The notes under the pieces were generated by a model. The model was not told where the DNA came from and ran no database searches. It worked only from the letters and a program-made list of their open reading frames with translations. Positions 47,178-56,711 of a stretch of DNA of 64,000 nt are shown in pieces. Source of the DNA: an uncultured delta proteobacterium (GTDB lineage: Bacteria > Myxococcota_A > Polyangia > Polyangiales > Houyiibacteriaceae); assembly GCA_963699755.1 (NCBI GenBank), contig CAVOVB010000001.1, positions 1,760,105-1,824,104 on the forward strand, given 5' to 3'. Each line of letters opens with the position of its first letter. The first letter of the stretch is position 1. Both the position numbers and the translations under genes were made by a program.

Positions 47178-48303
47178 GCAATCCCCCGCGATGCGAGTCG
47201 TCGATCGCTTCGTCGATCACGGTGCGCCGCTTTCCTTCCGGGACCTGTGCGCACGCGTGCTCGAGCAGGAGCATGACTATCTGATCCTCGACCTCGACAA
47301 GACCACTCATCTGGGCCGCAACCTCGGCGAGCTCCTCGCATGGGAGCTGTGCGCCTATGAAGCCTACGGCGAGTCGGCAACAGGGACTTCGGCACGCCGC
47401 TGGTTTGGCGGTCGCTTGCTTCTCGATTGGTCGCAGCCGTTGAAGCTTGCTCAATACCTAGCGGCTGGCGCGCGAAGGTGGGCATGGTCAGGGATCTATT
47501 ACCTCGTCTGGGGCAAGCTGGCTTCGCGCATCCCTGCGCTTCGGCGCCTTGCCTACAGTCGATTCGGTCCCGAGCCCACGACTGTGGTACAGCGTCGCCC
47601 TCAGATGGTCGCGCTCACTCATCTAGCGACGGCGGACGAGCCGCTGCTTCACGACCTCGCCCGCAGAGTCTGGCGCCGTCACGTTTCGGATCAGGTGATC
47701 GATCGTGAGGACCTCGATTGGGTTCGGAGTTGCTCCCCTGGAATCGAGATCCTATTGAGTAGCGCTTCGCCAAAAGCCATGTTGGATGTGGCGGTCGAGG
47801 AGCTCGGGGCCGACGGAGCGACGTACTCCAGCGTAGAACGTGTCAATAGCGGGAGGGCCAAGATTGCCCGGCTGTGCGAGACCCATCCCCGTGTTTTCGA
47901 TCCGGACGTCAAGGTCCTAGCCATCACGGACACGAGCTACGGGGAAGACCATTGTTGGACCGAACACTTCGCGTGTGTCATCGATGTCAACAGCCCAACA
48001 CCCTTTCCGCCCATCGTCACGGACGCGTCGCCGACTCGGGAAGTGCACTCGGCGATTCTTCTGACCCACGAGGAGCGACGCCGTCGAAGCAACGGAGATG
48101 AGGGCTATCTCGATGCTCGACGGCGAGACCGTCGACCGAGAGCGCCGCTCGAGCTCGATCGGGATGCTCTAGGCGTACGCCTCGACGCGCTCTTGGACGG
48201 GATCAACCGTCTCTCGAGGCGTGTGCCGAATCCTCCGCGGCGATGGGAAATCGCCTACGCGCGAACCATGCTCACCGAAGCTTCAAGGGCCATGCTGACC
48301 TGA
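47170..48303 (+). CDS. HAD-superfamily-like hypothetical protein
   Basis: 377 aa. YLILDLDKTTH resembles HAD motif I (DxDxT), and a later LAITDTSYGEDHCW resembles motif IV. Otherwise unassignable. Confidence 0.45.
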   Translation: MREQSPAMRVVDRFVDHGAPLSFRDLCARVLEQEHDYLILDLDKTTHLGRNLGELLAWELCAYEAYGESATGTSARRWFGGRLLLDWSQPLKLAQYLAAGARRWAWSGIYYLVWGKLASRIPALRRLAYSRFGPEPTTVVQRRPQMVALTHLATADEPLLHDLARRVWRRHVSDQVIDREDLDWVRSCSPGIEILLSSASPKAMLDVAVEELGADGATYSSVERVNSGRAKIARLCETHPRVFDPDVKVLAITDTSYGEDHCWTEHFACVIDVNSPTPFPPIVTDASPTREVHSAILLTHEERRRRSNGDEGYLDARRRDRRPRAPLELDRDALGVRLDALLDGINRLSRRVPNPPRRWEIAYARTMLTEASRAMLT

Positions 48304-48386
48304 GCAAGCGGTCCGGGGCTCCGGCGCTTGCGGCGGCGGCCACGGGCCAAGAGCCCAGAAGTCGGTGTTTCTGCTATAAAGTACGG

Positions 48387-49061
48387 GTGCGTCGACTTTC
48401 TTGGGTTTGCTTGGGCCTGGCTGCGGTTGGGGTTCTCGGAGTCTTCACGATTCCCGACCCCGTGCTCGCGCAAGACCCTAACGAAATCGAGGTCATCAGC
48501 GAGCCACCGGAGCAGGCCGAGCCGGCACCGCAGGTGGAGCCTCTGCCGCAGGAGGAGCCGCCCGAGGAGCTCCCTCCAGCACCGCCTCTGCCGGAGCTCG
48601 AGAAGCCCAAAGAACCGCTCGGCCACCTTCGTGTAGGTGGCGGTATTGGCTTGGGCTTTGCCAATGATCTCATTGCGGTCGGCCTGTCACCCCAAGTTTC
48701 GTACATCTTCAAGAAGATCGTCGAGCCCGGGGTTTCGATTCGCTACGAGTTCACCAGGGATAGGGTCCCCATCGAACCCATCACCTGGCATACCTATGGC
48801 TCCTCGCTCTTCGTTCGGGTCTTTCCGATCCAACAGCTTTTCCTCCTCGTCGAAGGCGAGGTCATCAATACCGGTCGGAAACAAGCCGGCATCCGTTTCC
48901 CTCGGAAGACGTATGGAAACTTACTGCTCGGCGGGGGATTCATGATCGGCGTTGCCAAAGGCGTGTTCATTGCGACGTCCATCAAAGTTCCCGTCTTGAG
49001 AAACCCGTTCTACCCCACCGCCTTCCCGATCATCTCGGTCGGTGGCGGCTACGGGTTCTAA
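48387..49061 (+). CDS. small putative outer-membrane beta-barrel protein
   Basis: The GTG at 48387 gives a signal peptide (RRLSWVCLGLAAVGVLGVF..VLAQ), a Pro/Glu-rich linker, strand-like repeats and a C-terminal ..SVGGGYGF. Confidence 0.5.
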   Translation: MRRLSWVCLGLAAVGVLGVFTIPDPVLAQDPNEIEVISEPPEQAEPAPQVEPLPQEEPPEELPPAPPLPELEKPKEPLGHLRVGGGIGLGFANDLIAVGLSPQVSYIFKKIVEPGVSIRYEFTRDRVPIEPITWHTYGSSLFVRVFPIQQLFLLVEGEVINTGRKQAGIRFPRKTYGNLLLGGGFMIGVAKGVFIATSIKVPVLRNPFYPTAFPIISVGGGYGF

Positions 49062-49074
49062 AGACGGGTTCTAA

Positions 49075-50205
49075 CTAGGGGGCGCCGTCAAAGAGGTCTT
49101 GGAAGCCGCTGGGCTCGTGTCGGCCGAACACGAGGGTTTCGAGGATGCCGATCCCGGTCTTGTCGCCCATCTTCGCGCGCACGACGTTGTGCACGTGGAT
49201 GGAGCAGTACTCGTCGGGCTCCACCTCATCGAGCTTCCAGCTTTCGTAGCCGATCTCGAGCTCATCTCGCCAAACCGCGTGACCCCACTCGGGGTGCTGG
49301 TAGCCGATGCCCATCATCTGGAACCGGAAAATCGGCTCGAGCTCGATCTCGAGCTTCGTGCCGTCGCGCTTCACGAAGCCGAGGCTCGCGCTTTCGGGCC
49401 ACCGAGTCCCGCTGCGCCATTTGATCGCATGGGTTGCCGAGGCCATGACCTCCTCGTCTGCTTCGACCAGGTCGCTCGGAACCTCTTCGCCTGCGCCGTA
49501 GGTCTTGACCATCGACGCAGAGAGCTCCTGCGCGTGGCCGTCCGGCATTTGGCGTGTGAGAAAGTGCGTGCAGAAACCGTCGAAGTGAATGGGCGACCAG
49601 ATCCAATAAACCGCCGGGTCGGTCGTCAGCCTGCTCGGCGCACCTTCTTCATACTCGCCGACTGGCCGCATGCCCCAGGACTTGTCCCGGAGGCCGATGA
49701 CCTCGCTGCGCTTGACGTCGAAGCGTCGGCCCTTGATCGAGAAGTAGCCCTCCCAGGTCCCCAACTGCGTGAAGCGTTGGGTGTCCATGATGAGCCGGTT
49801 CCCGTCGTACATGAGGTTTTTGGGTTCTTGGACCGGGGGCGCCTTCGCGTGAAAGGTCAGGTCGCATTCGACCTCGGTTTCGTTCGGATCGATGCGCAAT
49901 CGGATTCGCCGCATGGGCTGGAGCACCTCGACTCTGAGCGGCCCCGCGCTCGAGTCCATGGGGTTGTCGGCGATGCGGCGCGATGCGTGAAACGAATGCT
50001 GAACGCCATCGACGGCCACGCTGAAGTGCGCGTCCTGAACGAAGCGATTCGGGTACCGTCCAAAGCCAGCCTCGAACAAGAACGTCCCGGACTTGTCGAA
50101 ACCGTTGAACCAGTAGCGGTCATACGCATTGCGATTGACGATGCCCGGTTGGTTGATCGGAAATGCGGCCTGGTGAATCAGGTAGTCGTCGAAATCGGTA
50201 ATCAT
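49075..50205 (-). CDS. conserved-looking hypothetical protein
   Basis: 376-aa ORF with good coding bias and no motif I can name. It lies 13 nt downstream of, and co-directional with, the CoA-transferase gene. Confidence 0.55.
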   Translation of the reverse strand: MITDFDDYLIHQAAFPINQPGIVNRNAYDRYWFNGFDKSGTFLFEAGFGRYPNRFVQDAHFSVAVDGVQHSFHASRRIADNPMDSSAGPLRVEVLQPMRRIRLRIDPNETEVECDLTFHAKAPPVQEPKNLMYDGNRLIMDTQRFTQLGTWEGYFSIKGRRFDVKRSEVIGLRDKSWGMRPVGEYEEGAPSRLTTDPAVYWIWSPIHFDGFCTHFLTRQMPDGHAQELSASMVKTYGAGEEVPSDLVEADEEVMASATHAIKWRSGTRWPESASLGFVKRDGTKLEIELEPIFRFQMMGIGYQHPEWGHAVWRDELEIGYESWKLDEVEPDEYCSIHVHNVVRAKMGDKTGIGILETLVFGRHEPSGFQDLFDGAP

Positions 50206-50218
50206 CTCGGCTTCCTAG

Positions 50219-51325
50219 CTACGGCAGCGTGACTCCACAGGCACGCAGAATCTCTTCGGTGTCGGCGCCTCGTTCCCTGGCTGGCGTGGGGTCGGCGGGC
50301 TTGGTTCGGGAAAAGCGCGGCGCCGCGACGGCGTGTTTGATGCCGTCGATTTCGACGAACGAACGCCGCGCGACGTGGTGCTCGTGCTCGAACGCCTCGG
50401 CCGCCGCGAGCACCGGCGCGAAGCAGGCGTCGCTGCCTTCGAAGACCTCGCACCATTCGTCACGGGTCTTCTGACGGAAGACTTCTTCGAGCGTCGGTCG
50501 GAGCTCGTTCCACTTGGCAGGGTTCAAGTGCGCACCCACGGCGGGCGCGCTGTCGGCGAGACCGAGCTTGTCGATGAGCTCTTTGTAGAACTGCGGCTCG
50601 AGGGCGCCGATTGATACGTACTTGCCGTCGCTGGTCTCGTAGACGTCGTAGAAGGCGGCACCCGAGTCGAGCAGGTTCTCGCCGCGCTTGTCGGACCAAA
50701 AACCCTGCTGCATGCCCGCGTAGATGCTGGCCATCAGTGCGGCGACGCCGTCGACCATCGCCGCGTCGACGACTTGCCCCTGCCCGGACTTGTTGGCTTC
50801 GAGGAGTGCGGCGACCACGCCAAACGCCAACAGCAAACCGCCGCCGCCGAAATCACCGACCAGGTTCAAGGGAATCGTGGGCCGTTCGCCTTTGCGGCCG
50901 ATGGCGTGCAGGGCACCCGCCAAGGAGATGTAATTGATGTCGTGTCCCGCCCGTTTTGCCCAGGGGCCTTCTTGGCCCCAGCCCGTCATGCGCCCGAACA
51001 CGAGCCGGGGGTTTGCTTCCATACAGACATCAGGACCAATCCCGAGCCGCTCCATGACCCCAGGTCGAAAACCTTCGATTAGCGCGTCGGCGGTCCCGAC
51101 GAGCTTCAGAAGCGCCGCTTTGTGCGCAGGGCTTTTCAAATCGAGGGTGATGCTCTTCTTGCCGCGGCTCATGACGTCGAAGCTCGCTTGTAAAAAAGAT
51201 GGCTCCGGCCGGCCAACGCGAATGACTTCGGCGCCCAGGTCCGACAACAACATCCCGGCAAAGGGGCACGGACCGATGCCTTCGATTTCAATGATTCGAA
51301 TTCCGTCGAGTGGACCCATCTTCAA
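50219..51325 (-). CDS. family III CoA-transferase (CaiB/BaiF / alpha-methylacyl-CoA racemase-like)
   Basis: 368 aa. GIRIIEIEGIGPCPFAGMLLSDLGAEVIRV and the overall layout are typical of the family. Confidence 0.88.
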   Translation of the reverse strand: MKMGPLDGIRIIEIEGIGPCPFAGMLLSDLGAEVIRVGRPEPSFLQASFDVMSRGKKSITLDLKSPAHKAALLKLVGTADALIEGFRPGVMERLGIGPDVCMEANPRLVFGRMTGWGQEGPWAKRAGHDINYISLAGALHAIGRKGERPTIPLNLVGDFGGGGLLLAFGVVAALLEANKSGQGQVVDAAMVDGVAALMASIYAGMQQGFWSDKRGENLLDSGAAFYDVYETSDGKYVSIGALEPQFYKELIDKLGLADSAPAVGAHLNPAKWNELRPTLEEVFRQKTRDEWCEVFEGSDACFAPVLAAAEAFEHEHHVARRSFVEIDGIKHAVAAPRFSRTKPADPTPARERGADTEEILRACGVTLP

Positions 51326-52398
51326 AGCTCCGATAGTGCGCGTCGCAAGGTGATCGATGCGAGGTTCTCGTAGTCGAACTCGTTCTCTTCATCAATGATT
51401 TCAATCTGCTTCATGTACTGCCCAACACGCGCCATGTTCATCGAGAAACGCGTGAGGGCCAAAATGAAGTAGTAGTCGAAGTTGGCCGCGCTGTGGCCCG
51501 TTGCTTGCTTCCATCGCGTGATCGATTCGTCCTTGCCGGGAAAGCCGGGGAGGCGCTCGAGCTCGAGGCCCTCGCTGAAGCAGCGGTCGGAGGCGAGCCA
51601 CCAGGCGAGGTCCTGGACGGGGTCGCCGAGCCTCACCATCTCCCAATCGAGCACCGCAACGCATTCGACGCCGTCGAAGATCTGGTTCGCGAGTCGCGAG
51701 TCACCCCAGCACAGCGCGACCGGTTGCGCATCAGGCTTGCTCGCTTCGAGGTATTCGAGCGCCCTGGCGATGTCCGGGTGCCGCGAGGCCTCCATGCCCC
51801 AGCGAAAGTACTCCTGCCAGTAGTCGAGCTGCTGATCGAGCAGCGTTTCGCCGCGCTTGGGCTCGGCCAGAAAATCGAATCCCAGGGCCTGCCAGTTCAA
51901 GCGATGGACCCCGCACATGGCCTCGAAGCCGTTCCACCAAATCGCGGTTCGCTCGTCTTCGGAGGTCTCCTCCGCGATCCAGCCCTCGTCGTGCATCGGT
52001 GGATTGTCGGTGGGGATGCGTCCTTCGACGCGCGTCATCACATAGAACGGCACGCCGAGGACCGACTTGTCCGCCTCGAACCAACGCACGACAGGGACCG
52101 GAACGTCGGTGTTCTCGAGAAGCTGCAGCACCTTCGCCTGGAGCCCGACGTCGTAGTACGGAAACATCACGTACTCTTCGGGCTCCAGCCTCGCGACCAA
52201 GCCCTCGCGAATCTCAACCCCTTCCTTCGGGTAGACGAGATCGAACAGTAGGGTGTCGCTCGAGAAACCCGTGCTCAGCGGTGAGTCGAGATCCTCGATG
52301 CGAATGGCCTCTGCGGGCACCGAGAGCTTGGGGGCAAGCCACGCCTTCAACGCGCTCGCGGTTTGCTCGAGATCTCGCTCTTCATCTGCAAAGGCCAT
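51322..52398 (-). CDS. phosphotransferase (APH/choline-kinase-like) family protein
   Basis: 358 aa. LCWGDSRLANQIF (catalytic-loop-like) and VLDWEMVRLGDPVQDLAW motifs. Confidence 0.82.
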   Translation of the reverse strand: MAFADEERDLEQTASALKAWLAPKLSVPAEAIRIEDLDSPLSTGFSSDTLLFDLVYPKEGVEIREGLVARLEPEEYVMFPYYDVGLQAKVLQLLENTDVPVPVVRWFEADKSVLGVPFYVMTRVEGRIPTDNPPMHDEGWIAEETSEDERTAIWWNGFEAMCGVHRLNWQALGFDFLAEPKRGETLLDQQLDYWQEYFRWGMEASRHPDIARALEYLEASKPDAQPVALCWGDSRLANQIFDGVECVAVLDWEMVRLGDPVQDLAWWLASDRCFSEGLELERLPGFPGKDESITRWKQATGHSAANFDYYFILALTRFSMNMARVGQYMKQIEIIDEENEFDYENLASITLRRALSEL

Positions 52399-52495
52399 TG
52401 CCTACCTCGTGCGCATTTGACTCGCTGCGTGGCTCTGTCATTTACGTCATTCCGCTGCAGGGGTCGAGTCCCAGCGGCGAGCAACCGGGCTGACG

Positions 52496-53713
52496 ATGAC
52501 CTCTTCCACGTTGAATGACCCGCTGAGGCTGCCCTGCGGAGCCGTGCTTCCAAACCGCATCGCGAAGGCGGCGATGAGCGAGCACTTGGCGTCGCCGAAG
52601 CAGTCGCCAACTCGTGGACTCGTTCGACTTTACGAGCGCTGGTCTGCCGGCGGTGCCGGCTTGTTGATCACCGGCAACGTCATGATCGACAGGGCGCACC
52701 TCGAGGCGGTTCGCAACGTCGCCGTCGGAGCCGACTCGAACATCGAGCGATTCCGCGTGTGGTCGGAGGCCGGCACGGGCCATGGCAACCATCTCTGGAT
52801 GCAGCTCAACCATCCGGGCCGTCAGACGCCTCGGCACCTCAACCCCCACCCAGGCGCGCCTTCGGCAGTCGAGCCGGTCAATCTATTTCGTCGCGCCAAG
52901 GCGTTTGGCAAGCCACACGCCATGGATGAAGCGGAGATCGGGCAGGCGATTCGGAGCTTTGCCAGTGCGGCGGCGTTCGCAAAGGCCGCGGGCTTTACCG
53001 GGGTACAAGTGCACGGCGCACACGGCTATTTGGTGAGTCAGTTTCTGTCGCCGCTGACCAACCAGCGTTCGGATCGCTGGGGCGGCGCGCTCGAAAACCG
53101 TGCCCGCTTTGCCCGCACCGTGCTGGGCAAAATCCGCACCGAGGTCGGTGATGACTTCCCAATCGGAATCAAGCTCAACTCGGCGGACTTTCAGCGCGGT
53201 GGCTTTACCGAAGAAGAGTCGATGCGCGTGCTCGGTATGCTCCAAGAAGATGGAATCGATCTCGTGGAGATTTCTGGCGGCAGCTACGAGTCCCGCGTCA
53301 TGCTCGGCAAGGTAGAAGACGAGCGCGAAGCGTTTTTCCTCGACTACGCAAAGAAGGCGCGCTCCGAAGTCGACATTCCCATGATGGTCACCGGCGGCTT
53401 CCGCGCTCGATCGATCATGGTCGACGCGCTTGCAACGGGCGCGCTCGATATCGTTGGCATGGCCCGGCCGTTCACAAATGACCCGAGCGTGGCGCGAGAC
53501 TTGCTCGACGGGCGCACCGAACGCGCCGCCGATCCTCCGGTCATGCCCGGGCTCGGCCGGCTGGGTGGCACCTCCGAGGCGATGATGAGCGTCGCTCAGA
53601 TGGGGCTGATGGCGCAGGGCAAGAGCCCGACCTTGCGTTTCGGCGGCCTGGGCGCGGTCCTCGGTGCTCTGGTGCAAGAGAGCGCCGACCTCTTCAAGCC
53701 CAAGCGTTCCTGA
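52496..53713 (+). CDS. NADH:flavin oxidoreductase, Old Yellow Enzyme family
   Basis: 405 aa. GAGLLITGNVMID, HPGRQ and GFTGVQVHGAHGYLVSQFLSP motifs. Confidence 0.88.
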   Translation: MTSSTLNDPLRLPCGAVLPNRIAKAAMSEHLASPKQSPTRGLVRLYERWSAGGAGLLITGNVMIDRAHLEAVRNVAVGADSNIERFRVWSEAGTGHGNHLWMQLNHPGRQTPRHLNPHPGAPSAVEPVNLFRRAKAFGKPHAMDEAEIGQAIRSFASAAAFAKAAGFTGVQVHGAHGYLVSQFLSPLTNQRSDRWGGALENRARFARTVLGKIRTEVGDDFPIGIKLNSADFQRGGFTEEESMRVLGMLQEDGIDLVEISGGSYESRVMLGKVEDEREAFFLDYAKKARSEVDIPMMVTGGFRARSIMVDALATGALDIVGMARPFTNDPSVARDLLDGRTERAADPPVMPGLGRLGGTSEAMMSVAQMGLMAQGKSPTLRFGGLGAVLGALVQESADLFKPKRS

Positions 53714-53736
53714 GGCCCCCGTCGCGACGGTAGGAC

Positions 53737-53751
53737 GCGCAAAATTTGCGC
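53737..53751. promoter_or_regulatory. palindrome GCGCAAA-A-TTTGCGC upstream of norC
   Basis: Perfect 7-bp arms about 120 bp upstream of the norC start. The binding factor is unknown. Confidence 0.3.
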
Positions 53752-53869
53752 CACGCACGACCGGGCGCCGGTCGGCCTTGCAGTTTCGGTCGCCCCCAGT
53801 AGCATCCCGCCCAATCGTCTGGAGACCGGGGTCTCTGAAGAAGCATTCGCCAATCTTTGAGGAGAGGAG

Positions 53870-54571
53870 GTGACGATGCTGTCTAAGTCCGCTGCGCGCG
53901 CGTTCTTTTTGTCTGGAACGTTACTTTTCAGCGCGGTTTTCATTTGGCTCACGGTCGACACGTTCCAACGCATCCCAGCTCAGACCAACTCGGATGAACT
54001 GACCGAATCGGTGGCACGCGGGAAGCAGCTCTGGGAGGAGAACAACTGCATGGGCTGTCACACGCTGCTCGGTGAGGGGGCGTACTACGCGCCCGAGCTG
54101 ACGCGTGTGTACGACCGTCGTGGGCCAGCCTTCATCGCTCAGATGCTCCGGGACCCCGAAGCAGTCTACCCAGGGCAGCGTCGGATGGTGAAGTACGACT
54201 TCAGCGAAGCCCAGATCGACGACATGAACGCGTTCTTCGAGTGGATCGGCCGGATGGACCTCAACGGCTTTCCTCCGAAACCCACAATCGGTTTGGCGGG
54301 AGCGGCTCCCATCCCCATCCCGGGCGGCGAGCGACCGGAGATCTTCTCTCAGGTGTGCACGGCATGTCACTCCCTCGGCGGGATTGGCGGCGCCATTGGG
54401 CCACCACTCGACTTCGTGGGCGACCGCTTCGATCGAGGCTACCTGATGAGGTGGATCACCGATCCGCAAGCGGTCAAGCCCGGCACGACGATGCCGACGC
54501 TCGCGCTCACCGAGCAGCAACGCAATGAAGTCGTCATCTTTCTCTCCAAGCAACGCGAGGGCGGGCTATGA
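53870..54571 (+). CDS. norC: nitric-oxide reductase subunit C with extra C-terminal monohaem cytochrome c domain
   Basis: NorC-like N-terminus (LSKSAARAFFLSGTLLFSAVFIWLTV) and CMGCH. A second CTACH plus TTMP Met-ligand region lies in residues ~150-233. Strong GGAGAGGAGG RBS. Confidence 0.8.
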   Translation: MTMLSKSAARAFFLSGTLLFSAVFIWLTVDTFQRIPAQTNSDELTESVARGKQLWEENNCMGCHTLLGEGAYYAPELTRVYDRRGPAFIAQMLRDPEAVYPGQRRMVKYDFSEAQIDDMNAFFEWIGRMDLNGFPPKPTIGLAGAAPIPIPGGERPEIFSQVCTACHSLGGIGGAIGPPLDFVGDRFDRGYLMRWITDPQAVKPGTTMPTLALTEQQRNEVVIFLSKQREGGL

Positions 54572-55935
54572 AGTACGAATCGCAAAAAGTCGCGTACTGG
54601 TTTTTCGCGACCTGCATGCTCTTGCTGAGCTTGCAGCTGGTTTACGGTTTCATCATGGCATTTGCACACGTTGGCTACGACGGGCTGCATCCCTGGGTTC
54701 CCTTCAACGTCGCGCGCGCCTCGCACAACAATCTCTTGGTCATGTGGCTCTTGGCGGGCTTCATGGGCGCCGCGTACTACATCATTCCGGATGAGTGTGA
54801 GCGGCCGCTCTACTGGCCCAAGCTCGCGTACGTGCAGTTGATCGCGTTCGTGATCGTCGGCGTGACTGCGATCATCGGTTTCCACTTCAACTGGTGGGAG
54901 GGGCGCAAGTTCCTCGAGATTCCGCGTCCGCTCGACTACCTCGTCGTCGTCGACGTGCTTTTGTTCGTCGCCAACATCGGCATGACCATTTGGAAGGCCC
55001 CCAAGATGACCACGACTTCGATCGTGCTCTTCTTCGGTCTCCTGATGGCGGCCGTCCTCTACCTGCCGGGGATGATCCCGACCGACCACCAGACACACGA
55101 TGCGTTCTGGCGCTGGTGGGTCGTTCACCTCTGGGTCGAAGGCGTCTGGGAGCTCATCATGGGCGGCATTCTTGCGTATCTGTTGATCCGGCTCACCGGC
55201 GTCGACCGCGAGATCGTCGAGAAGTGGCTCTATGTCATCGTCGGCTTCACGTTCTTGTCGGGCATACTCGGCACGGGGCACCACTACTACTTCATCGGCA
55301 CGCCGAACTACTGGCTCTGGGTCGGCGGCATCTTCAGCGCCCTCGAGCCGCTCGCGTTCCTAGGCATGGCGATTTACGGCCTCGCACTGGCGAAGAAGGG
55401 CGGTCGAAACCATCCAAATCGAATCGCTTTGTTCTGGACGGTGGGTACCTGCGTCATGTCGTTCGTTGGAGCCGGCTTCCTCGGCATCGCACACACGCTT
55501 CCGCAGGTGAACCTGTACACGCACGGCACACTGGTGACGGCGATGCACGGTCACATGGCCTTCTGGGGCGCCTACGCGATGTTGGTCCTGGCCATCATCA
55601 CCTACGCTATGCCGCAGCTGACCGGTCGCAAGCTCTTCGATACACCGAGCGCGACCTATGCGTTTTGGTCGGCCAACATCGGCATGACTGCCATGACGGT
55701 CGCGTTCGGCATTGCCGGCGTGGCCCAGGTCTACCTCGAGCGTCGCGCGGGCATGGAGTTCCTCGACGTTCAGCGCGAGCTCCAGGTCCACTTCATTGGG
55801 CTCATCTTGGCGGCGACTCTCTTCACGTCGGGCATCCTCGCGTTCATCTACAATTTCATTCGCTACGGTTGGCCGGTAGGTGACGTCGAAGAGCCCATCC
55901 CCACGGGCACCAGGGCAGCGGTCCCGGCGGAATGA
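54568..55935 (+). CDS. norB: nitric-oxide reductase subunit B (haem-copper oxidase superfamily)
   Basis: 455 aa, 12-TM-like, with conserved His clusters (HLWVEG, GTGHHYYF, AMHGHMAFWGAY). ATGA overlap with norC. Confidence 0.9.
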   Translation: MKYESQKVAYWFFATCMLLLSLQLVYGFIMAFAHVGYDGLHPWVPFNVARASHNNLLVMWLLAGFMGAAYYIIPDECERPLYWPKLAYVQLIAFVIVGVTAIIGFHFNWWEGRKFLEIPRPLDYLVVVDVLLFVANIGMTIWKAPKMTTTSIVLFFGLLMAAVLYLPGMIPTDHQTHDAFWRWWVVHLWVEGVWELIMGGILAYLLIRLTGVDREIVEKWLYVIVGFTFLSGILGTGHHYYFIGTPNYWLWVGGIFSALEPLAFLGMAIYGLALAKKGGRNHPNRIALFWTVGTCVMSFVGAGFLGIAHTLPQVNLYTHGTLVTAMHGHMAFWGAYAMLVLAIITYAMPQLTGRKLFDTPSATYAFWSANIGMTAMTVAFGIAGVAQVYLERRAGMEFLDVQRELQVHFIGLILAATLFTSGILAFIYNFIRYGWPVGDVEEPIPTGTRAAVPAE

Positions 55936-56711
55936 GGGCGACCCCGCCCTGGTATCGTCCCGTCGGCCGAGAGGTCGAGCTCTTCGAGCACGCTCATCGC
56001 CAAAGGCTACCGCTTTTGCTCGCCGGGCCGACCGGCTGTGGCAAGACGCGGTTCGTCGAGGCGATGGCGGCCCAACTCGACTTGCCCCTGATCACAGTGG
56101 CCTGCCACGACGAGACCTCGTCGATCGATTTGGTCGGACGCTTCTTGATCAGGGGCGCCGAAACGGTTTGGCAAGACGGCCCAGTCACCCGGGCGGTGCG
56201 AGCGGGCGCCGTTCTCTACCTCGACGAGATCATCGAGGCGCGAGAGGACGTGATTGTGGTCCTACACTCGCTCACCGATCATCGGCGCGAGCTCTACATC
56301 GACCGGCTGGACGAAACCTTGTTCGCCCCTGAGGGTTTCATGGTCGTCGCCAGCTTCAATCCAGGCTATGCGCGGGGCTTCAAAGAGCTCCGGCCGTCGA
56401 CCCGGCAGCGCTTCGTCGTGCAGCGGTTCTCGTATCCCGAAGCGAGGGTCGAAACCGAGATCGTGGCGCACGAAGCCAAGCTCGAAGACGGCCCGGCCAA
56501 GCGACTCGTCGAGTTTGCGAGCAAGGTGCGCGCCATGGAGGAGCTCCAACTCGCGGAGACGGTCTCGACTCGACTGCTGGTGACGGCCGGCAAGCTGATC
56601 GCGAGCGGCGTGGCGCCCCGGGTTGCCTGCAACGCAGCGGTCGTGCAACCGATCACCGATGACCGTGCCCAGTTGGAGGCCTTGCAGGATTTGGCCAACC
56701 TGATGTTCTGA
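55932..56711 (+). CDS. norQ: NorQ/CbbQ MoxR-type AAA+ ATPase
   Basis: 259 aa with Walker A GPTGCGKT and Walker B VLYLDEI. Confidence 0.9.
   Translation: MRATPPWYRPVGREVELFEHAHRQRLPLLLAGPTGCGKTRFVEAMAAQLDLPLITVACHDETSSIDLVGRFLIRGAETVWQDGPVTRAVRAGAVLYLDEIIEAREDVIVVLHSLTDHRRELYIDRLDETLFAPEGFMVVASFNPGYARGFKELRPSTRQRFVVQRFSYPEARVETEIVAHEAKLEDGPAKRLVEFASKVRAMEELQLAETVSTRLLVTAGKLIASGVAPRVACNAAVVQPITDDRAQLEALQDLANLMF

Noticed and set aside
53737-53751. FNR/DNR/NnrR box upstream of norC
   Set aside because: Those boxes read TTG-N8-CAA (for example TTGAT-N4-ATCAA). This palindrome has the opposite half-site order (..CAAA-A-TTTG..) and different spacing, so I kept it only as an unassigned palindrome.
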